Shown: positions 51,904 to 64,000, numbered from the stretch's first letter. The stretch: 64,000 nucleotides of DNA from an uncultured Oscillospiraceae bacterium (GCA_947632175.1 CANROC010000014.1:25918-89917); one strand, 5' to 3'. A program made the numbers and translations. Notes: generated by a model from the sequence alone, not told the origin.

Positions 51904-53652
51904 TTATCCTCCAAGCCCTTTTTTCTTTTGGTAGTTCTCTCTGATGGCCATGATGTCCCTGTCTTTTTTTGTCTTGAGGCCCTCGCGACGGATGACTTCT
52001 ATGTAATCGCCCATGGCCTCACGGGCGTTGGCCGCGTTCACCGGCTCCTGCAGGAGCCTCGTCAGGTGCGCGCACTCGTCGGGCTCCAGGCCCGCCATGA
52101 GCACCGCCGGGGTGACGGGCTCGTGGGCGGCGGCTTTCGCGCGGATGGTCCCGAAGAGCTTCCCCAGAAACGCCGCGCTGAAATCCTCCGGCTCCAGGCC
52201 GCCCACGTATTTGACAAGCTCCGGGTCCCGCAGGAGCGACTTGACGACCCCCTCCTCCGCCAGGGCGGAGGGGACGTTGGCGTAGCGGATGCGCTTGGAG
52301 TCCGGCTGGACCGCCCGCTCCGGGCGCATGACCGCGCGCTCTGCGTCCTTTCTGTTCTTCCCGGCAAGGCCCCGGCGGACGATGCGCAGCTGCTCGGCCA
52401 CGCTCTCCCGTCCCACGCCGGCCAGCTCCGCCACGCGCCCGATGTAGACCTCCGCCTCCAGGGGGTTGAAGCTCCCGGCCAGCATCCGGATGGCCTCCTG
52501 CAAAAAGCCCAGCCTCCCGGCGTCCGTATCCATATCGTATTTGGCCCGCACCGCGTCTATTCTATACTCCACGTGGTTGGCGCTGCGCTCCAGCAAAAGC
52601 TCGAAGGCCTCCGGGCCTTTCGTTTTGATGAACTCGTCCGGGTCCTTGGCCCCCTCCATCCGCAGGACCCGCACCTTGAGGCCCGCCGGCTCCAGAAGCC
52701 CGATGGCCCGCTGGGCGGCCTTGACGCCGGCGGCGTCGGAGTCGTAGGCGATGACCACGTTCTCCTTGAAGTGCTTGATGAGCCGCGCCTGGTCGGCGGT
52801 GAGGGAGGTGCCGAGGCTGGCCACCGCGCAGTCGAAGCCCGCCTGGTGGAGCATCACCACGTCCACGTTGCCCTCGGCCAGAATGAGCATGTCCCGCTTG
52901 GAGCGCTTGGCCAGGTTGAGGGCGAAGAGGTTCCGGCTCTTCTGGAAGACCGGCGTGTCCGGGGTGTTCAGGTACTTGGGCTCCCCGTCCCCCAAGATCC
53001 GCCCGGAGAAGCCGATGACGCTGCCGCGCACGTCGATGACCGGGAAGACGAGGCGGTTGCGGAAGACGTCGTAGGCCCCGCCGTTCTTGCCCTTTTTGGC
53101 AAGGCCGGCGTCGATGAGGTCCCGGTCGGTGTAGCCGCGCTTGCGCATCTCATTGGTGAGGGCGTACCAGTCGTCCGGGGCCGCGCCCAGGCCGAAGATT
53201 TTGGCGGTCCTCGGCGTGATCCGCCGCTCCCGCATATAGGCCGCCGCCGCGGCGCCCTCGGGCTTGGCGAGGTTCTCGTAAAACCACCGGGCAGCGGCGC
53301 GGTTGAGCTCCAAAAGCCGCGTCCGGCGGCCCTGGCGCTCCTTGTCGTCCTCGCTCTCGTCGGGCATCTCCATCCCGGCCCGGCGGGCCAGGAACGCCAC
53401 CGCGTCCCGGAAGGGCAGGTTCTCGATCTCCATGATGAAGCTGATGACCCCGCCGCCCTTGCCGCAGCCGAAGCAGTGGTAGATCTGCTTGTCCGGGGAG
53501 ACGGAGAAGGAGGGCGTCTTCTCCGAGTGGAACGGGCACAGCCCGAACTGGTTGGCCCCGGAACGCTTGGAAAGCGTCACGTAGTCCGACACCACGTCCA
53601 CGATATCACTCCGCGCCACAAGCTCCTCTATAAAGCTGTCTGGGATTGCCAC
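51904..53652 (-). CDS. dnaG: DNA primase
   Basis: Zn finger [28 protein letters not shown] plus a TOPRIM domain. GTG 53652 lies 8 nt after AAGGAGG; the GTG at 53661 abuts the RBS. Confidence 0.93.
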   Translation of the reverse strand: MAIPDSFIEELVARSDIVDVVSDYVTLSKRSGANQFGLCPFHSEKTPSFSVSPDKQIYHCFGCGKGGGVISFIMEIENLPFRDAVAFLARRAGMEMPDESEDDKERQGRRTRLLELNRAAARWFYENLAKPEGAAAAAYMRERRITPRTAKIFGLGAAPDDWYALTNEMRKRGYTDRDLIDAGLAKKGKNGGAYDVFRNRLVFPVIDVRGSVIGFSGRILGDGEPKYLNTPDTPVFQKSRNLFALNLAKRSKRDMLILAEGNVDVVMLHQAGFDCAVASLGTSLTADQARLIKHFKENVVIAYDSDAAGVKAAQRAIGLLEPAGLKVRVLRMEGAKDPDEFIKTKGPEAFELLLERSANHVEYRIDAVRAKYDMDTDAGRLGFLQEAIRMLAGSFNPLEAEVYIGRVAELAGVGRESVAEQLRIVRRGLAGKNRKDAERAVMRPERAVQPDSKRIRYANVPSALAEEGVVKSLLRDPELVKYVGGLEPEDFSAAFLGKLFGTIRAKAAAHEPVTPAVLMAGLEPDECAHLTRLLQEPVNAANAREAMGDYIEVIRREGLKTKKDRDIMAIRENYQKKKGLGG

Positions 53653-53701
53653 TCTCTCCACCTCCTTATCCGTTCCGCGTACCCCGGCCTTTCAAGCCGG
53701 G

Positions 53702-54715
53702 TTATTTGACAGTCCACGCCATGGGGACAAATATGGAATTGTGTATCTCGATGGCGTAGGGGTCCGTCATGCCCGCCACGTAATCGGCGGCGGCGCGTTC
53801 CGGGCCCTCGGTGTAGACCGTTTCCAGGTATTCTGCCGACATTTTTGCCGGATTTTTAACGAAATAATCAAAGATTCCGGAAAGGAGGCCCAAAACCTTC
53901 TTCTCCTCCCCTTTTACCACGGGATTTTTGTAGACCCGCTCGTAGAGAAACGCGGAAAAGACGTCCACCGCCTCCGCTACGCCCTCGCTCATGCGCACGA
54001 CGCCGCCCTCCGTGCCCTGGGAGATGACGTCCTCCACGATGGTGTTGATGCGGGTGCTGTACCGCTTGCCCAAGACCTCCCGGACCGTCTCGGGGATGTC
54101 CTCCCCCCGGAGAGTGCCGGAGCGGATGGCGTCGTCCACGTCGTGGTTTATGTAAGCGATCTTGTCGGAAAGGCGCACCACCTGCCCCTCCAGCGTGGCG
54201 GCAAGGGGGTCGCAGGTGTGGCGCAGGATGCCGTCCCGCGTCTCCATGGTCAGGTTGAGGCCCCGACCGTCCTTCTCGATCTTGTCCACCACCCGCAGGC
54301 TCTGCTCGTAGTGCCGGAAGCCCCCCAGGTCCGCCAGGAGTTCGTTGAGGGCCCGCTCCCCGGCGTGGCCGAAGGGCGTGTGGCCCAGGTCGTGCCCCAG
54401 GCCGATGGCCTCGGTGAGGTCCTCGTTTAAGTTGAGGGCGCGGGCGATGGTCCTGGCGATGCGCGTGACCTCCAGCGTGTGTGTCAGGCGCGTGCGGTAG
54501 TGGTCGCCCTCCGGCTCTAAGAAGACCTGGGTCTTCTGCTTTAAGCGCCGGAAGGCCTTGGAGTGGGTGATGCGGTCGATGTCCCGCTGAAAGCAGGTGC
54601 GCACGTCGTCCTCCTCCTCGGCGCGAAGCCGCCCGGCGCTCTGCTCCGCCCGGACGCCGGCGTCCGAGACGATGAGCCGCTCCAGCGCCTCCCGCTTTTC
54701 ACGAATCGATGCCAA
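53702..54715 (-). CDS. dGTP triphosphohydrolase-like HD-domain protein
   Basis: ..FQRDIDRITHSKAFRRLK.KTQV.., ..GHDLGHTPFGHAGE... Start is probably TTG 54715, 8 nt after GGAGG; the track start at 54736 is a GTG. Confidence 0.88.
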   Translation of the reverse strand: MASIREKREALERLIVSDAGVRAEQSAGRLRAEEEDDVRTCFQRDIDRITHSKAFRRLKQKTQVFLEPEGDHYRTRLTHTLEVTRIARTIARALNLNEDLTEAIGLGHDLGHTPFGHAGERALNELLADLGGFRHYEQSLRVVDKIEKDGRGLNLTMETRDGILRHTCDPLAATLEGQVVRLSDKIAYINHDVDDAIRSGTLRGEDIPETVREVLGKRYSTRINTIVEDVISQGTEGGVVRMSEGVAEAVDVFSAFLYERVYKNPVVKGEEKKVLGLLSGIFDYFVKNPAKMSAEYLETVYTEGPERAAADYVAGMTDPYAIEIHNSIFVPMAWTVK

Positions 54716-54849
54716 GCCGGCCGCCTCCTTCCTCACGCAGACACTCGCATTATCTTATATACGCCGCAAAAAACAAAAATCCTTTGTTTTTTTCAAAAAT
54801 TTTTGTGAACATGACCCGCCGGAAAACGGGCCGGAGACGGAAAAAAGTG

Positions 54850-54878
54850 TTGACTTTCCCGCCCCGGTATGCTAAAAT
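54850..54878 (+). promoter_or_regulatory. str operon promoter
   Basis: TTGACT, 17 nt spacer, tgcTAAAAT. Confidence 0.65.
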
Positions 54879-54962
54879 ACTAGCTTGCCTGGGGTTTTTG
54901 CACCCATTTATGGGTAAACTACCCTTGGGAAAAAACCGATTTTTTGAGAAAGGAGGAACACA

Positions 54963-55388
54963 ATGCCCACCATTAACCAGCTCGTCCGCAAGGGACGCCA
55001 GACCAGCGTCTACAAGTCCACCAGCCCCGCGCTCCAGAAGGGCCTCAACACCCTGAAGAACCGCGCCACGGACTTAAGCTCCCCCCAGAAGCGCGGCGTG
55101 TGCACCGCCGTCAGGACCATGACCCCGAAGAAGCCCAACTCCGCTCTGCGGAAGATCGCCCGTGTGCGTCTGACCAACGGCTTTGAGGTCACGGCCTACA
55201 TCCCCGGCGTCGGCCACAACCTGCAGGAGCACTCCGTGGTGATGATCCGCGGCGGCCGTGTCAAGGACCTCCCCGGTGTCCGTTACCACATCATCCGCGG
55301 TACCCTCGACACTCAGGGCGTCAACGGACGTATGCAGGCCCGCTCCAAGTACGGCGCCAAGCGCCCGAAGGCCGGCAAGAAGAAGTAA
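54963..55388 (+). CDS. rpsL: 30S ribosomal protein S12
   Basis: [12 protein letters not shown]... Confidence 0.98.
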   Translation: MPTINQLVRKGRQTSVYKSTSPALQKGLNTLKNRATDLSSPQKRGVCTAVRTMTPKKPNSALRKIARVRLTNGFEVTAYIPGVGHNLQEHSVVMIRGGRVKDLPGVRYHIIRGTLDTQGVNGRMQARSKYGAKRPKAGKKK

Positions 55389-55509
55389 GCGCATCCCCAA
55401 CAGCGTCCTCGTTGTTGTGTTTATATCGTATATACACACCTCGGGGCGCAAACGCGGCTTATGTGGCCGCGAGTACCTGTGAATTCTTTTTAAGAAGGAG
55501 GGAAGCAAA

Positions 55510-55980
55510 GTGCCCAGAAGAGGTAATGTTCCCAAAAGAGAAATTTTGCCCGATCCTGTTTACAACTCCGTGCTCGTCACGAAGCTGGTGAACTCCATCA
55601 TGCTCGACGGCAAGAAGGGCGTGGCCCAGAAGGTGGTCTACGGCGCCTTTGACATCGTCAAGGAAAAGACCGGCAAGGAGCCCCTGGAGGTTTTCCAGGC
55701 CGCCCTTGAAAACATCATGCCGTCTCTGGAGGTCAAGGCCCGCCGTGTGGGCGGCGCCACCTACCAGGTGCCTATCGAGGTCCGTCCGGCCCGCCGCCAG
55801 ACCCTCGGTCTCCGGTGGCTCACCAACTACACCCGCGCCCGCGGCGAGAAGACCATGCGCGAGAAGCTGGCCGCCGAGATCATGGACGCCGCCAACAACA
55901 CCGGCGCGTCCGTGAAGAAGCGCGAGGAGACCCACCGCATGGCTGAGTCCAACAAGGCGTTCGCGCACTTCCGTTGGTAA
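55510..55980 (+). CDS. rpsG: 30S ribosomal protein S7
   Basis: [20 protein letters not shown]... GTG start after AAGGAGG. Confidence 0.98.
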   Translation: MPRRGNVPKREILPDPVYNSVLVTKLVNSIMLDGKKGVAQKVVYGAFDIVKEKTGKEPLEVFQAALENIMPSLEVKARRVGGATYQVPIEVRPARRQTLGLRWLTNYTRARGEKTMREKLAAEIMDAANNTGASVKKREETHRMAESNKAFAHFRW

Positions 55981-56071
55981 GCCTTTCACGGCATTTTCGC
56001 GATTTCCAGCGTTATTTTGAGTCTGGTCCCGGGCCGTCGGAGCCCCGGACGCATCAGGAGAAAGAATTTTT

Positions 56072-58153
56072 ATGCCCAGACAGTATTCCTTAGAGAGAAC
56101 CAGAAACATCGGCATCATGGCCCACATCGACGCCGGCAAGACCACCACCACGGAGCGCATCCTCTTCTACACCGGCCGCACCCACAAGCTGGGCGAGGTC
56201 CACGAGGGCGCGGCCACCATGGACTGGATGGTCCAGGAGCAGGAGCGCGGCATCACCATCACCTCCGCCGCCACCACCTGCTTCTGGAAGGGCACCCGCA
56301 TCAACATCATCGACACTCCGGGCCACGTGGACTTCACCGTGGAGGTGGAGCGTTCCCTGCGCGTCCTGGACGGGTCCGTCACGGTGATGTGCGCCAAGGG
56401 CGGCGTGGAGCCCCAGTCCGAGACGGTGTGGCGTCAGGCCGACACCTATCACGTCCCCCGGATGATCTACGTCAACAAGATGGACATCATGGGCGCGGAC
56501 TTCTTCAACGTCATCCGCATGGTCCATGAGCGCCTCCACGCCAACGCCGTCCCCATCCAGCTGCCCATCGGCAAGGAAGCGGACTTCAAGGGCATCATCG
56601 ACCTTATCGAGATGAACGCCGACGTCTACTACGACGAGCTGGGCCAGGACATGCGGGTGGAGCCCATCCCCGAGAACATGCGCGACATGGCCGAGGAGTA
56701 TCGCATGAAGCTCCTGGAGGCCGTGTCCGACTTCGACGACGAGATCATGGAGAAGTACCTGGAGGGCGAAGAGGTCAGCACCGAGTCCATCAAGGCCGCC
56801 ATCCGGAAGGCCACCATCGCCAACAAGATGGTCCCCGTGGTCTGCGGCACCTCTTACCGCAACAAGGGCGTCCAGAAGCTCATCGACGCCATCGTGGACT
56901 ACATGCCCTCGCCTCTGGATATCCCGCCCATCAAGGGGACGAATCCCCAGACCGGCGAGGAGGACGAGCGTCCCGCGGACGACGACGCCCCCTTCTCCGC
57001 TCTGGCGTTCAAGATCATGACCGACCCCTACGTGGGGCGTCTCAGCTTCTTCCGCGTCTATTCCGGCACCGCCGAGGCCGGCGCCACGGTCATCAACCCC
57101 GTGAAGCGCCAGCGTGAGCGCCTGGGGCGCATCCTTCAGATGCACGCCAACCACCGGGAGGACATCGACAAGGTCTACACCGGCGACATCGCCGCCGCCG
57201 TGGGCCTCAAAAACACCACCACCGGCGACACCCTGTGCGACCCGGACCATCAGATCGTCCTGGAGTCCATGGAGTTCCCCGAGCCCGTCATCCGCGTGGC
57301 CATCGAGCCGCGCACCAAGGCCGGCCAGGAAAAAATGGCCATCGCGCTGGCCAAGCTTGCCGAGGAGGACCCCACCTTCAAGACCTACACCGACGAGGAG
57401 ACGGGCCAGACCATCATCGCCGGCATGGGCGAGCTCCACCTGGAGATCATCGTGGACCGCCTTCTCCGGGAGTTCAAGGTAGAGGCCAATGTAGGCCGTC
57501 CCCAGGTCAGCTACAAGGAGACGATCAAGGGCACGGCGGATGTGGATACCCGCTATGTCCGCCAGTCCGGCGGCAAGGGCCAGTACGGCCACGTGAAGCT
57601 CCGCATCGAGCCCAACGAGTCCGGCAAGGGCTACGAGTTCCTCAACGAGATCACCGGCGGCGCCATCCCCAAGGAGTATATCCCTGCGGTGGACGCCGGT
57701 ATCCAGGGCGCCATGCTCTCCGGCGTGGTGGCCGGCTACCCCGTGGTGGACGTGAAGGTCCACCTCTACGACGGGTCCTTCCACGAGGTGGACTCCTCCG
57801 AGATGGCCTTTAAGATCGCCGGCTCCATGGCCTTTAAGGAGGCCATGGCCAAGGCCGACCCCACCATCCTGGAGCCCATCATGAAGGTCACGGTCATCGG
57901 CCCCGACGAGTATATGGGCGACATCATCGGCGACATCAATTCCCGCCGCGGCGCCGTCACCGCCACGGAGATGGAAAACGGCACCGTCCGCGTCACCTGC
58001 GATGTGCCCCTCTCCACCATGTTCGGCTACTCCACGGACCTCCGGTCGAAGACCCAGGGCCGCGCCAACTACTCCATGGAGCCCAGCCACTTCATCGAGA
58101 TCCCCAAGAGTCTCCGGGACGAGATCGTGAAAAATCACGGCTCCGCCAAATAA
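56072..58153 (+). CDS. fusA: translation elongation factor G
   Basis: [21 protein letters not shown]... 693 aa. Confidence 0.98.
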   Translation: MPRQYSLERTRNIGIMAHIDAGKTTTTERILFYTGRTHKLGEVHEGAATMDWMVQEQERGITITSAATTCFWKGTRINIIDTPGHVDFTVEVERSLRVLDGSVTVMCAKGGVEPQSETVWRQADTYHVPRMIYVNKMDIMGADFFNVIRMVHERLHANAVPIQLPIGKEADFKGIIDLIEMNADVYYDELGQDMRVEPIPENMRDMAEEYRMKLLEAVSDFDDEIMEKYLEGEEVSTESIKAAIRKATIANKMVPVVCGTSYRNKGVQKLIDAIVDYMPSPLDIPPIKGTNPQTGEEDERPADDDAPFSALAFKIMTDPYVGRLSFFRVYSGTAEAGATVINPVKRQRERLGRILQMHANHREDIDKVYTGDIAAAVGLKNTTTGDTLCDPDHQIVLESMEFPEPVIRVAIEPRTKAGQEKMAIALAKLAEEDPTFKTYTDEETGQTIIAGMGELHLEIIVDRLLREFKVEANVGRPQVSYKETIKGTADVDTRYVRQSGGKGQYGHVKLRIEPNESGKGYEFLNEITGGAIPKEYIPAVDAGIQGAMLSGVVAGYPVVDVKVHLYDGSFHEVDSSEMAFKIAGSMAFKEAMAKADPTILEPIMKVTVIGPDEYMGDIIGDINSRRGAVTATEMENGTVRVTCDVPLSTMFGYSTDLRSKTQGRANYSMEPSHFIEIPKSLRDEIVKNHGSAK

Positions 58154-58177
58154 ACGGCGGGAAAGCCCACAAAACAG

Positions 58178-58206
58178 TTGCAAAATTCCCGTGAATGTAT
58201 TAGAAT
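58178..58206 (+). promoter_or_regulatory. internal promoter in front of tuf
   Basis: TTGCAA, 17 nt spacer, TAGAAT. Confidence 0.55.
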
Positions 58207-58261
58207 ACACTCAGAATTTGAAAACACCCTTTTCCAAAAACATTAAGGAGGATAAGTACCA

Positions 58262-59470
<1,209 letters not shown>

Positions 59471-60387
59471 AAATGACTGGCTTTAGAGCCCGCGAAGCGG
59501 GCTCTAAATGCCAAGAGGAACGTGCGAAAAAAGTTTCGGAAATGTCTGCGGACATTTCCGAAACTTTTTTCTGCTGTTTTGCTCCGCGCACGGCCCCGTC
59601 GGGGCCGCACACTCCGCAAAACAAAAGGTATTTTTTCCGACGTACATGCCGCCGGAAAAAATGCTCGGCAGAGAGTTTTGTCCGCTTTCTTCTGATGTGC
59701 GTATTATACCACAAAATGAGTGATTTGTCAAGTATTTTTTAGTATTCGTAAGCAAAAATATGTAGGGGTCGCCGTCCCCGGCGACCCGCCCATCGTTTAT
59801 TGACACGTTTCGTACACCGCCGTACGGGCCGCATCTCCGCGCTAAGAGCCGCCGCTTCGCGGCGGTTGCGCTCCGAAACGCGCCTGCGGGCGCAGGCCCA
59901 CGGCGGCCCTTGCCCCCGATAACCGACATGTACCGTTTTATCGGACCCGTTCCCGTCCCGCAACGTGCCACGGGCGGACACATGGGTCCGCCCCTACGGG
60001 GAATATGGGAGGTTATCCCATTCAGCCGACATGGGAGGTCATCGGAACGCGGGCCGCCGTGGGCGGCGGCCCCTACGGCGTGAATGGGGCTGATGCGGCT
60101 TTTTGAAACCGCTCTGTTATCCAACGCTCGCTGCCCCCCTGCCCCCCTCCTACGAGGAGGGGGCACTAAAACCGGGGCTGGTGCGTTTTATCGGAACCGG
60201 TCCGTCCCACAACCGCGCACGGGCGGGTTTAGAACCCGCCCGTCCCCCGTCCCCGCCGCGCGGGAAAATCAAAGAATGCGCCGCAAGGCGGCGCAAACCT
60301 TTTTAAGCCCCCTCCTCGTAGGAGGGGGGCAGGGGGGCAGCGAAGGTTGGTTGACAGACCGGTCCCGGCGACCCGCATCCGCCCCTC
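59471..60387. repeat. repeat cluster downstream of tuf including promoter-bearing module copy c (minus strand)
   Basis: Minus strand TTGACA (59726-59731), 17 nt spacer, TATAAT (59703-59708). 59695-59945 is an inverted near-copy of 46620-46870, and 59516-59666 is an inverted copy of 36603-36753. Confidence 0.75.
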
Positions 60388-60918
60388 TCATCCTTTCAAA
60401 AATCCCCCCGTGTGGTCCTGCGGGCGCAATGGGAGGCCGCGGGAGATGAGGGAGTCGGCCTTGAGGGCCACCAGGTTCACGTCGGAGGAAAGGGCGGCGG
60501 CGATCTGGTGGGTGTCCCGGCCCTCGCGGATGGCGTCCAGGACGTCCTCGTCGGGCAGGAGGAGCTCGGCGGCGAAGATGTTGGCCTCGTACTCCATGCG
60601 GTCCGTGCCCATCTCGAAGATGTTGAACTCCTGAAAGCCCCCCAGCCGCTGGGCCTCCAGGCGGTGGAGGCAGTGATGCCCCAGCTCGTGGGCCAGGACG
60701 ATGCGCTCCATGGCCGGGTCTAAATCGGATTTGATGAAAATAAAGGGGTTGCGCATGACGATCTTATAGGCGCCCTTTTGCCTCTCAAAGGGCCGCGCCA
60801 GGACCTCCACCCCCAGTGCCGCGCACAGCTCCCCGGGTTCCCGGGTGCCGAACCGCGCCGTGAGCTCCCGGACGCGCTCGGCGATCTCCTGAATTTTAAT
60901 ATACATATCCGTCACCAA
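60388..60918 (-). CDS. ImmA/IrrE family metallo-endopeptidase
   Basis: HEXXH motif LAHELGHHCLH. It lies downstream of its XRE partner. The start is uncertain (TTG 60918 or ATG 60906). Confidence 0.85.
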   Translation of the reverse strand: MVTDMYIKIQEIAERVRELTARFGTREPGELCAALGVEVLARPFERQKGAYKIVMRNPFIFIKSDLDPAMERIVLAHELGHHCLHRLEAQRLGGFQEFNIFEMGTDRMEYEANIFAAELLLPDEDVLDAIREGRDTHQIAAALSSDVNLVALKADSLISRGLPLRPQDHTGGFLKG

Positions 60919-60939
60919 AAACCGAAAAAATCCCGAAAA

Positions 60940-61335
60940 TCAGGACTCTTTCCCGTATTTCCGGTTCTTCTCCTTGGCGATCCAGTAGGCGTCCTGGATG
61001 GCGCGGAGCATCTCGTCCTTGTCCTCGTCGTTGAGCTCCCCGCCGGCGAAGAGGGCCGTGGCCTCCCGCACCAGAGCCTCCGCCTGCCGCCGGCCCGAGG
61101 CGCCGTAGCGCTCCCCGGCCAGGGAGACGAAGTCCTCGTCCTCGGTGAGGAGGTAGTTCACGTCGCACCCGAAGAGGGCCGCCAATCTCACGTAGATCTC
61201 CCGGTTCCGGGGGTAGACCCCCTCCTGCTCGTAGGACCCGTAGGCCCGCCGGGAGATCCCCGCCGCCCGCGCCGCCTCCTCCTGAGAGAGCCGCTTCTCC
61301 GTCCGCAGCGCCTTCAGCTTTTCTCCAAATTTCAT
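60940..61335 (-). CDS. XRE-family HTH repressor-like protein
   Basis: FGEKLKALRTEKRLSQEEAARAAGISRRAYGSYEQEGVYP. Confidence 0.88.
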   Translation of the reverse strand: MKFGEKLKALRTEKRLSQEEAARAAGISRRAYGSYEQEGVYPRNREIYVRLAALFGCDVNYLLTEDEDFVSLAGERYGASGRRQAEALVREATALFAGGELNDEDKDEMLRAIQDAYWIAKEKNRKYGKES

Positions 61336-61349
61336 AGGTCGCCCTCCTT

Positions 61350-61462
61350 GGGAAGTTAAACTTCACAAAATACAAAATTTCCTCTTGACAAGAGAAGTGT
61401 AAACGCCTATAATAGAGCCAGATGGGAAGTTTATTTTCCCATATTGTACATCAAACTTCCCC
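61350..61462. promoter_or_regulatory. divergent control region: consensus promoter plus GGGAAGTTT/AAACTTCCC operator-like palindromes
   Basis: TTGACA (61385-61390), 17 nt spacer, TATAAT (61408-61413) facing the polymerase gene. Palindrome gggaagttAaacttc at 61350-61364. Half-sites gggaagttt (61424-61432) and aaacttcccc (61453-61462) lie just downstream of the -10. Confidence 0.6.
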
Positions 61463-61487
61463 GTCTGTCAAGAGGTGAAACGGAAAA

Positions 61488-62846
61488 ATGCCGTATATCA
61501 GCATTGACCTCAAGTCCTTTTATGCCTCCTGCGAGTGCGTGGCGCGGGGGCTGGACCCGCTGACGGCGAGGCTCGTGGTGGCGGACGAGGAGCGGACGGA
61601 CGGGACCATCTGCCTGGCGGTGTCGCCGGCCTTAAAAGCCTACGGCGTGCCGGGGCGGCCGCGGCTTTTTGAGGTGCGTGAGCGTCTGCGGGAGGTGAAG
61701 GCCCGGACAGGGGAGGACGTGGACTTCATCGTGGCCCGGCCACGGATGGGGCTTTACGTGGACGTGTCCACGAAAATCTACGCCATTTACCTCAAATTTG
61801 TGGCCCCGGAGGACATCCACGTCTACTCCATCGACGAGGTGTTCATCGACGCCGCGCCCTATCTGCGCCCCCGCCGCCAGAGCGCGCAGGAGCTGGCCAT
61901 GGAGATGATCCGCGCGGTCCTCGCTGAGACGGGCATCACCGCCACGGCGGGGGTGGGGACGAATCTCTATTTGGCCAAGATCGCCATGGACATCGTGGCT
62001 AAGAAAATGCGGCCCGACAAAAACGGCGTGCGGCTGGCCAGCCTCACGGAGGAGAGCTACCGGCGGCTTTTGTGGGACCATCTGCCGCTGACGGACTTCT
62101 GGCAGGTCGCCGGCGGCACCGTCCGGCGGCTGGAGAAATTAGGCGTCCACACCATGGGGGAGCTGGCGCGGCTGAGCCTCACGAACGAGGACGCCCTCTA
62201 CCGGACCTTTGGCGTCAACGCGGAGCTGCTCATCGACCACGCCTGGGGGCTGGAGAGCACCACCATGGCGGACATCAAGGCGTACAGGCCGTCGTCCCAG
62301 TCCCTCAGCGCCGGGCAGGTGCTCACCAGGCCCTACCGCTTTGAGGAGGCGCGGGTCGTCATCCGGGAGATGGCGGAGGAGCTGGCCATGGAGCTCATGG
62401 AAAAGGGCCTGGTCACCGATGGCATCGTGGTGCATCTGGGCTACGACCGGGGGAATTTCGACTGGGACGGCCCCAAAAAGGCGGACCACTACGGCCGCTT
62501 CGTCCCCGCCTCCGCCCACGGCACGGCGGGGCTGGCGGGCTTCACCGACGAGCTGGAGCCCATCACCCAGGCGGTGCTGGGACTCTTCGACAGGCTCGCC
62601 AACCGCGCCCTCACCCTGCGGCGGCTCAATTTGGCCGCCATCCGCCTGGAGCGGGAGGGCGAGCGGCCGGAGCAGCTGGATCTCTTCGACAGCTTTGAGG
62701 ACCGGTCCCGCCGCCGCGCCCTCCAGCGAGCGGTGCTGACGGTGCGGGACAAGTACGGCAAAAACGCCCTCCTGCGGGGGCATGACTTTCTCGAGGGCGC
62801 CACCGCCAGGGAGCGCCACGAACAGATCGGAGGACACAGAAAATGA
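61488..62846 (+). CDS. Y-family (UmuC/DinB-like) translesion DNA polymerase
   Basis: MPYISIDLKSFYASCECV...ICLAVSPALKAYGV..., YSIDEVFID. 452 aa. Confidence 0.9.
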   Translation: MPYISIDLKSFYASCECVARGLDPLTARLVVADEERTDGTICLAVSPALKAYGVPGRPRLFEVRERLREVKARTGEDVDFIVARPRMGLYVDVSTKIYAIYLKFVAPEDIHVYSIDEVFIDAAPYLRPRRQSAQELAMEMIRAVLAETGITATAGVGTNLYLAKIAMDIVAKKMRPDKNGVRLASLTEESYRRLLWDHLPLTDFWQVAGGTVRRLEKLGVHTMGELARLSLTNEDALYRTFGVNAELLIDHAWGLESTTMADIKAYRPSSQSLSAGQVLTRPYRFEEARVVIREMAEELAMELMEKGLVTDGIVVHLGYDRGNFDWDGPKKADHYGRFVPASAHGTAGLAGFTDELEPITQAVLGLFDRLANRALTLRRLNLAAIRLEREGERPEQLDLFDSFEDRSRRRALQRAVLTVRDKYGKNALLRGHDFLEGATARERHEQIGGHRK

Positions 62847-63235
62847 ACGAGTATACAGACCTGCGGGACCGGAAACGGGCCTGCTCGCCCCGTCCCCGGA
62901 TGGACCGGGCCGACCGGGCCAAGCTCTTCGCCCCCTACGCGGCCCTGAAGGGCTACAACGAGTCCGCCCACGCCATGGAGCGCCGCCTTGTCCCCCGCCC
63001 CGTTTTGGCGGAGGACCGGGCCGAGCAGCTGGACCGGCGCCTCCGATCCCTCCGGCGCGGCGACCCGGTGACCGTCACCTGGTTTGAGCCGCTGAAAACC
63101 GAAAACGGCCAAGACCTGGGCCAATACCGCACCGCCTCCGGCGTGTACCTGGCCTCCCACCCCGCCTCCGGCGTCCTGGTCCTGGACACCGCCAGGATTG
63201 AGACGGGGAATATTGTGGACGTGGGGACAAGGTGA
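62843..63235 (+). CDS. YolD-like protein
   Basis: 130 aa, translationally coupled to the polymerase (ATGA overlap). ..RAKLFAPYAALKGY.. is typical of YolD-like partners of Bacillus UvrX/YqjW. Confidence 0.7.
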   Translation: MNEYTDLRDRKRACSPRPRMDRADRAKLFAPYAALKGYNESAHAMERRLVPRPVLAEDRAEQLDRRLRSLRRGDPVTVTWFEPLKTENGQDLGQYRTASGVYLASHPASGVLVLDTARIETGNIVDVGTR

Positions 63236-63264
63236 GGCGGCGCCGGTGAACCCGCGTTTTATGG

Positions 63265-63293
63265 TTGAAAACGCCTGCCGCCTGTGGTAAAAT
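63265..63293 (+). promoter_or_regulatory. candidate promoter
   Basis: TTGAAA, 17 nt spacer, tggTAAAAT. Confidence 0.5.
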
Positions 63294-63320
63294 CAGACTA
63301 ACAACAAAGGGGGCGGCGGG

Positions 63321-63902
63321 ATGAGCAGGATCTTTTGTCTGGTGGGGAAGAGCGGCGCGGGGAAGGACACGCTGTACGCGGCGGTGACGGCGCGGTACGG
63401 GGACCGCCTCACGCCCATCGTGCCCTGCACCACCCGGCCCAGGCGGGCGGGGGAGCGCAACGGGGAGAACTACTTCTTCGTGACGGAGCAGGAGCTGCGG
63501 GGCCTGGAGGAGCGGGGCCAGGTCATCGAAAAGCGGGTCTACCAGACGGTAAACGGCCCCTGGACGTACTTCACCCGGCGGTTTTCGCTGCTGGAGAGCT
63601 GCGATTACATCGTCATCACCACTTTAGAGGGGGCGCGGTCCTTCATCCGGGCCTTCGGCGCGGACACGGTGCGGACGGTGTACCTGACCCTGCCCGACGG
63701 CCAGCGCCTGCGCCGCTGTCTGGACCGGGAGGACGCCCAGCCCACCCCCAACTACGCCGAGCTCTGCCGCCGGTACCTGGCCGACGAGCGGGACTTCTCC
63801 CCGGAGGCCCTGGCCTCCCTCCCCAACCTCCGCCCCCTGGACACCTCCTCCGACCTGGCCGACGCCATGCGCCAGTGGGAGGATATCTTCAACGGGGAAT
63901 AA
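63321..63902 (+). CDS. guanylate-kinase-like P-loop protein
   Basis: Walker A GKSGAGKDT, ..TTRP.R.GE..G..Y.FV... Confidence 0.7.
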   Translation: MSRIFCLVGKSGAGKDTLYAAVTARYGDRLTPIVPCTTRPRRAGERNGENYFFVTEQELRGLEERGQVIEKRVYQTVNGPWTYFTRRFSLLESCDYIVITTLEGARSFIRAFGADTVRTVYLTLPDGQRLRRCLDREDAQPTPNYAELCRRYLADERDFSPEALASLPNLRPLDTSSDLADAMRQWEDIFNGE

Positions 63903-63925
63903 TAAGGGCTTTTCAACGCAAAAAA

Positions 63926-63948
63926 GGCCGCCGACGGGCGGTCTTTTT
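63926..63948 (+). terminator. intrinsic terminator
   Basis: ggccgcc-gac-gggcggtc followed by ttttt. Confidence 0.55.
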
Positions 63949-64000
63949 CCGGAATAAGCGGTAATACTAATATCTAATTAAAATAAGACATTCGCGCCGG

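Overview
High-GC Clostridia-type chromosome segment, probably Oscillospiraceae-like. That placement is inferred from the T-box leader, CtsR boxes, SLH proteins, a YlmC/YmxH gene and gene order. Most of the window is core housekeeping: pheST behind a T-box leader, two U32-family genes, a complete F-type ATP synthase operon, ctsR-(UVR/Zn protein)-clpC, ppdK, gap, rpsB-tsf, dGTPase-dnaG-rpoD and rpsL-rpsG-fusA-tuf. The main finding is at 3.6-10.8 kb. Two convergent, divergent SLH-domain surface-protein genes share a perfect 105-bp inverted repeat covering the RBS, ATG and signal peptide, and they bracket an intact tyrosine recombinase. Only one flank carries a consensus promoter with a long leader. 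This looks like a whole-gene-body inversion switch for surface-layer variation. Other accessory items are an ECF sigma factor translationally coupled to a membrane-anchored serpin, and an XRE/ImmA pair divergent from a Y-family polymerase/YolD operon. There is also an AT-rich island with an orphan adenylate-forming enzyme and an RHH regulator, and a BspA-type LRR protein with SLH anchors. Eight intergenic clusters of GC-rich palindromic repeats include a 313-bp tandem array and three copies of a module carrying a perfect TTGACA-17-TATAAT promoter. No rRNA, tRNA or CRISPR array was seen. The many long ORFs antisense to real genes are GC-driven shadows. The ORF track marks TTG/GTG starts as M, so several starts were re-placed using RBS spacing.
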